From contig OZ252243.1 in the NCBI GenBank assembly GCA_965249555.1, forward strand, positions 1,760,001-1,824,000: a stretch of DNA of 64,000 bases, read 5' to 3'. The notes beneath the pieces are model-generated. The model did no database searches, had not been told where the DNA came from, and worked only from the letters and a program-made list of their open reading frames with translations. This document shows positions 61,506 to 64,000 of this stretch, one piece after another (the stretch's first letter is position 1; each line of letters starts with the position of its first letter). The stretch is from Nitrosopumilus sp. GTDB taxonomy: Archaea; Thermoproteota; Nitrososphaeria; Nitrososphaerales; Nitrosopumilaceae. The translations under genes and the position numbers were made by a program.

Positions 61506-62036
61506 TTATTGTTTTAATTTTTTCAAATCAACTGTGGAAAGCATTTCAAACATTTCTTCAAGTCCATCATATTCTGATTTTGAATTTTCATCTAGTTGCT
61601 CATAATCTTTTTCTTTGATCTCATCTAGTTTGTTATTTGCTTTTCTAAAAAATTCTTCATATTCTTCAATTTTTTCATCAGTCATTTGTGTTAAATCAAA
61701 AATCACTGTATTACTTCCAAGCAAATTTTTATTTTCATCATAAAGACTTGTTGCTTGTAATAATCCTGAAAAGGTAGTTTCATCTAGTCTCTTGAATGTG
61801 ATCTTTCTGTTGGTTACTTTTCCTGTATCAAACCATGTTTTTAGAGAGTCATTCATAGCCTCCCATGCTTCTTTAGGTACATGCTCAAAGATTGGTCTGC
61901 CTAAAACCTCCGATTTGGCATATCCTAGATTTGCAGCATACGTGGAATTACAGTCAAGAATTATTCCAATTGAATTTATTCTCCTCCACATGACTGGCGC
62001 ATCTTTGAGCGTTTTTCTTGCTTCAGTTTGAGGCAT
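61506..62036 (-). CDS. PAS-domain protein
   Basis: GIILDCNSTYAANLGYAKSEVLGRPIFEHV...FKRLD...LYDENKNLLG PAS/PAC pattern. Confidence 0.85.
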   Translation of the reverse strand: MPQTEARKTLKDAPVMWRRINSIGIILDCNSTYAANLGYAKSEVLGRPIFEHVPKEAWEAMNDSLKTWFDTGKVTNRKITFKRLDETTFSGLLQATSLYDENKNLLGSNTVIFDLTQMTDEKIEEYEEFFRKANNKLDEIKEKDYEQLDENSKSEYDGLEEMFEMLSTVDLKKLKQ

Positions 62037-62077
62037 TTTTTAAAATTAGATTGACTAGTTATTAAATTGAAATCTTT

Positions 62078-63265
62078 TCAAAACCACTGATTGGGTTGTA
62101 AAATTTCTTTTAATTTCATTATCTCATGCGAGATTTCTTTTCTAATCGTGTTGCTTACTGTTTTTTTACTGTAATCTTGTAAATAGTACATAGAGTCTAA
62201 CATGATTCTTATAATTTCAGTTACTGATTCAAAAATTTCTTGATTTTTCTTTTTTCTTACATCTCTCCCTTTCAAATTTTTTTGGAGTATTTTTCGTATT
62301 TTCTTTGTTATTGATACCATAATCTTTGGTGATGATTCATGGAATTTTTTATCTGCATATAGTTTCTTTATTTTATTTTTGAGTCTTCCAAAGTTGTTTC
62401 TATTGGATAGATCTTCAAAGTCAGTCTGTGTGAATATGTCTTCCATTTTAACACGTCGTATTCTTGATAATCGCATTGGTATTTTTTCGAATGTTCTGAA
62501 AATTTGTTGCAGTGATTTTTCATCTTCATCCATAATAAATCGTAATAATTGTTGAATAATATCATCATATTCAGATTTTTTTCTAATTGAAGAACCTACT
62601 TTGACGGGATCAATGACTGTAAAACTTTTAGATAGATTCACTTTGATTTCTTCTGGAATTTGAATTAAATGAAATTTATCTTGTCTGTCTGGCTCTACAA
62701 CTAAGGTTGAAAATGGAATTAATCGTAGAGGTGGGGGTAAAATTGCAAATATGTTGTGCAAAAACATCAATTCATCTGTTTTTACCAAAGCAATTTTTTT
62801 CCTTGAAGAAATTCTATGTAACATTTCTCCAAGTAATTTCACATCTTGTTTTTTAAGGAATTTAAAATCAGGGGAAATTGAATGCGTATCTATGTTTACT
62901 TGTTTTAATTCTCCACGGAGCGATTCATTTTGTATGAAATATTTTTCAAAAACCCTTGAATCAAAATCTAACTGTTCAAATTCATTTTCATTTATTACAA
63001 ACGTGTGATTGTAAAGGGTGCCTCTTCTTCCATCATAACCTATGCCTATATTTTTGATAATACTGTATACAATTTTGTTATTTGGTAGAATTAACAAAGA
63101 TCTTGATTCCTCGAATCCACTTATTTTTACTCCTAACGGATAAAGGTACTTTGTAAGTTTGGATATTATTTCATCAGTGATTCCGGCACTTTTTGCAATA
63201 ATTTGATAGCCCTCGTTATTTCCTATTTTACCTGCAGTGTAAATGAAATGATCACATTTTGGCAT
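62078..63265 (-). CDS. GAP1-N2-like GTPase-associated protein with helical C-terminal domain
   Basis: N-terminal HFIYT...EGYQIIAKSAGI...GYDGRRGTLYNHT resembles the GAP1-N2 domain; directly downstream of a TRAFAC GTPase. Confidence 0.6.
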   Translation of the reverse strand: MPKCDHFIYTAGKIGNNEGYQIIAKSAGITDEIISKLTKYLYPLGVKISGFEESRSLLILPNNKIVYSIIKNIGIGYDGRRGTLYNHTFVINENEFEQLDFDSRVFEKYFIQNESLRGELKQVNIDTHSISPDFKFLKKQDVKLLGEMLHRISSRKKIALVKTDELMFLHNIFAILPPPLRLIPFSTLVVEPDRQDKFHLIQIPEEIKVNLSKSFTVIDPVKVGSSIRKKSEYDDIIQQLLRFIMDEDEKSLQQIFRTFEKIPMRLSRIRRVKMEDIFTQTDFEDLSNRNNFGRLKNKIKKLYADKKFHESSPKIMVSITKKIRKILQKNLKGRDVRKKKNQEIFESVTEIIRIMLDSMYYLQDYSKKTVSNTIRKEISHEIMKLKEILQPNQWF

Positions 63266-63269
63266 AGGA

Positions 63270-64000
63270 TTACTCTAGTAGATTTTCATGTAACCACCAA
63301 AGAAACTCCGTGTATGCCTGATGGCTGTATGATAATGGCTTTGCAACTTTTGGTGCTTTTGTAGAATCGATTTCATTCTCTCTGTTTCTTTGTACATCAA
63401 CATGAACCATAAAATATTCTCTTTCTCCAACATGAATATCTTCAAGAGTGTTATGGAATCTTCTCATCCATTTTTTAACTAATTCTTTAGCAGGCACGTT
63501 TCTATCTTCTAAACTGTCTGCTTTTGTAAGCACTATTGCTATTGGCGTATCAATTCTTCCATTTTTTGAAGTATTTGTTGATTTTTTAAATTCTTGTATG
63601 GTCGTTAATGTTTGGCTATATTGAGTTTGAACATTTTCCCAATCTGTTTTCATTTTTGAGCAATCAAGTAAAATTACATACATTTTTGCATATACTGCAT
63701 ATATCATTTCACTATAGGACTCACCTTTGACTTTTCCCATCTCACAAACTTTTACAACTCGTTCATCCCCTCTTATTTCTTCACCTAAACACATGTTTTT
63801 GTAATCCTCGCCAGAAATGTCTGGAAGTTTAAACTCTATACTGCTTGCAGTAGCTCCTGTTCCACGCATCTCAAAGATGATTTTGTCTCTTGATAGTTGT
63901 GGTGTTCTTTCTGGAAATTCTCCTCCTCTCATACTATTCTCACATAGTTCAAGAAATGGTCTTCCCTTTTTTGGGTGTGCTCGTAATTCTGGATGTTCAT
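63270..64000 (-). CDS. TRAFAC-class GTPase, 3' part (5' end beyond the right edge)
   Basis: FPERT (G2), DISGE (G3), LTKAD (G4); the frame stays open upstream of 63932 to the window edge. Confidence 0.75.
   Translation of the reverse strand, partial: EHPELRAHPKKGRPFLELCENSMRGGEFPERTPQLSRDKIIFEMRGTGATASSIEFKLPDISGEDYKNMCLGEEIRGDERVVKVCEMGKVKGESYSEMIYAVYAKMYVILLDCSKMKTDWENVQTQYSQTLTTIQEFKKSTNTSKNGRIDTPIAIVLTKADSLEDRNVPAKELVKKWMRRFHNTLEDIHVGEREYFMVHVDVQRNRENEIDSTKAPKVAKPLSYSHQAYTEFLWWLHENLLE

Overview
This is an AT-rich archaeal chromosome segment, most likely from a Nitrosopumilus-like ammonia-oxidising thaumarchaeote. That placement rests on cofE, Thi4, stand-alone cdvA, a proteasome beta subunit, TrmI, a double-domain ThyX and DUR3-type urea transporters. 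Intact core genes fill about 1-17.7 kb (sulfur/thiamine/F420 cluster, DRG GTPase, argS) and about 45-62 kb. Between them lies a ~27 kb accessory island that starts with a frameshifted tyrosine integrase and is rich in IS elements and pseudogenes. Four observations stand out. (1) A five-gene nucleotide-modification cassette encodes a thymidylate-synthase-fold enzyme with the cytosine-specifying Asp, a DNPH1/MilB-like N-glycosidase and a YwgA/SocA-like protein. It is flanked by two MUG/TDG glycosylases, one of which lacks the catalytic Asn, and the genome already has ThyX. (2) Two IS110 copies have non-coding ends that contain a readable bridge RNA. The copy-1 guides match its own insertion site, and copy 2 carries a re-programmed target loop. 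(3) A GAP1-N2 plus TRAFAC GTPase conflict-type locus sits at the right edge, and a stand-alone paralog of its C-terminal domain lies 42 kb away, split by IS630. (4) A giant FN3/Ig surface protein has a G11 tract in its signal peptide. No rRNA, tRNA or CRISPR array was recognised. All family assignments come from motif recognition by eye, not database searches.
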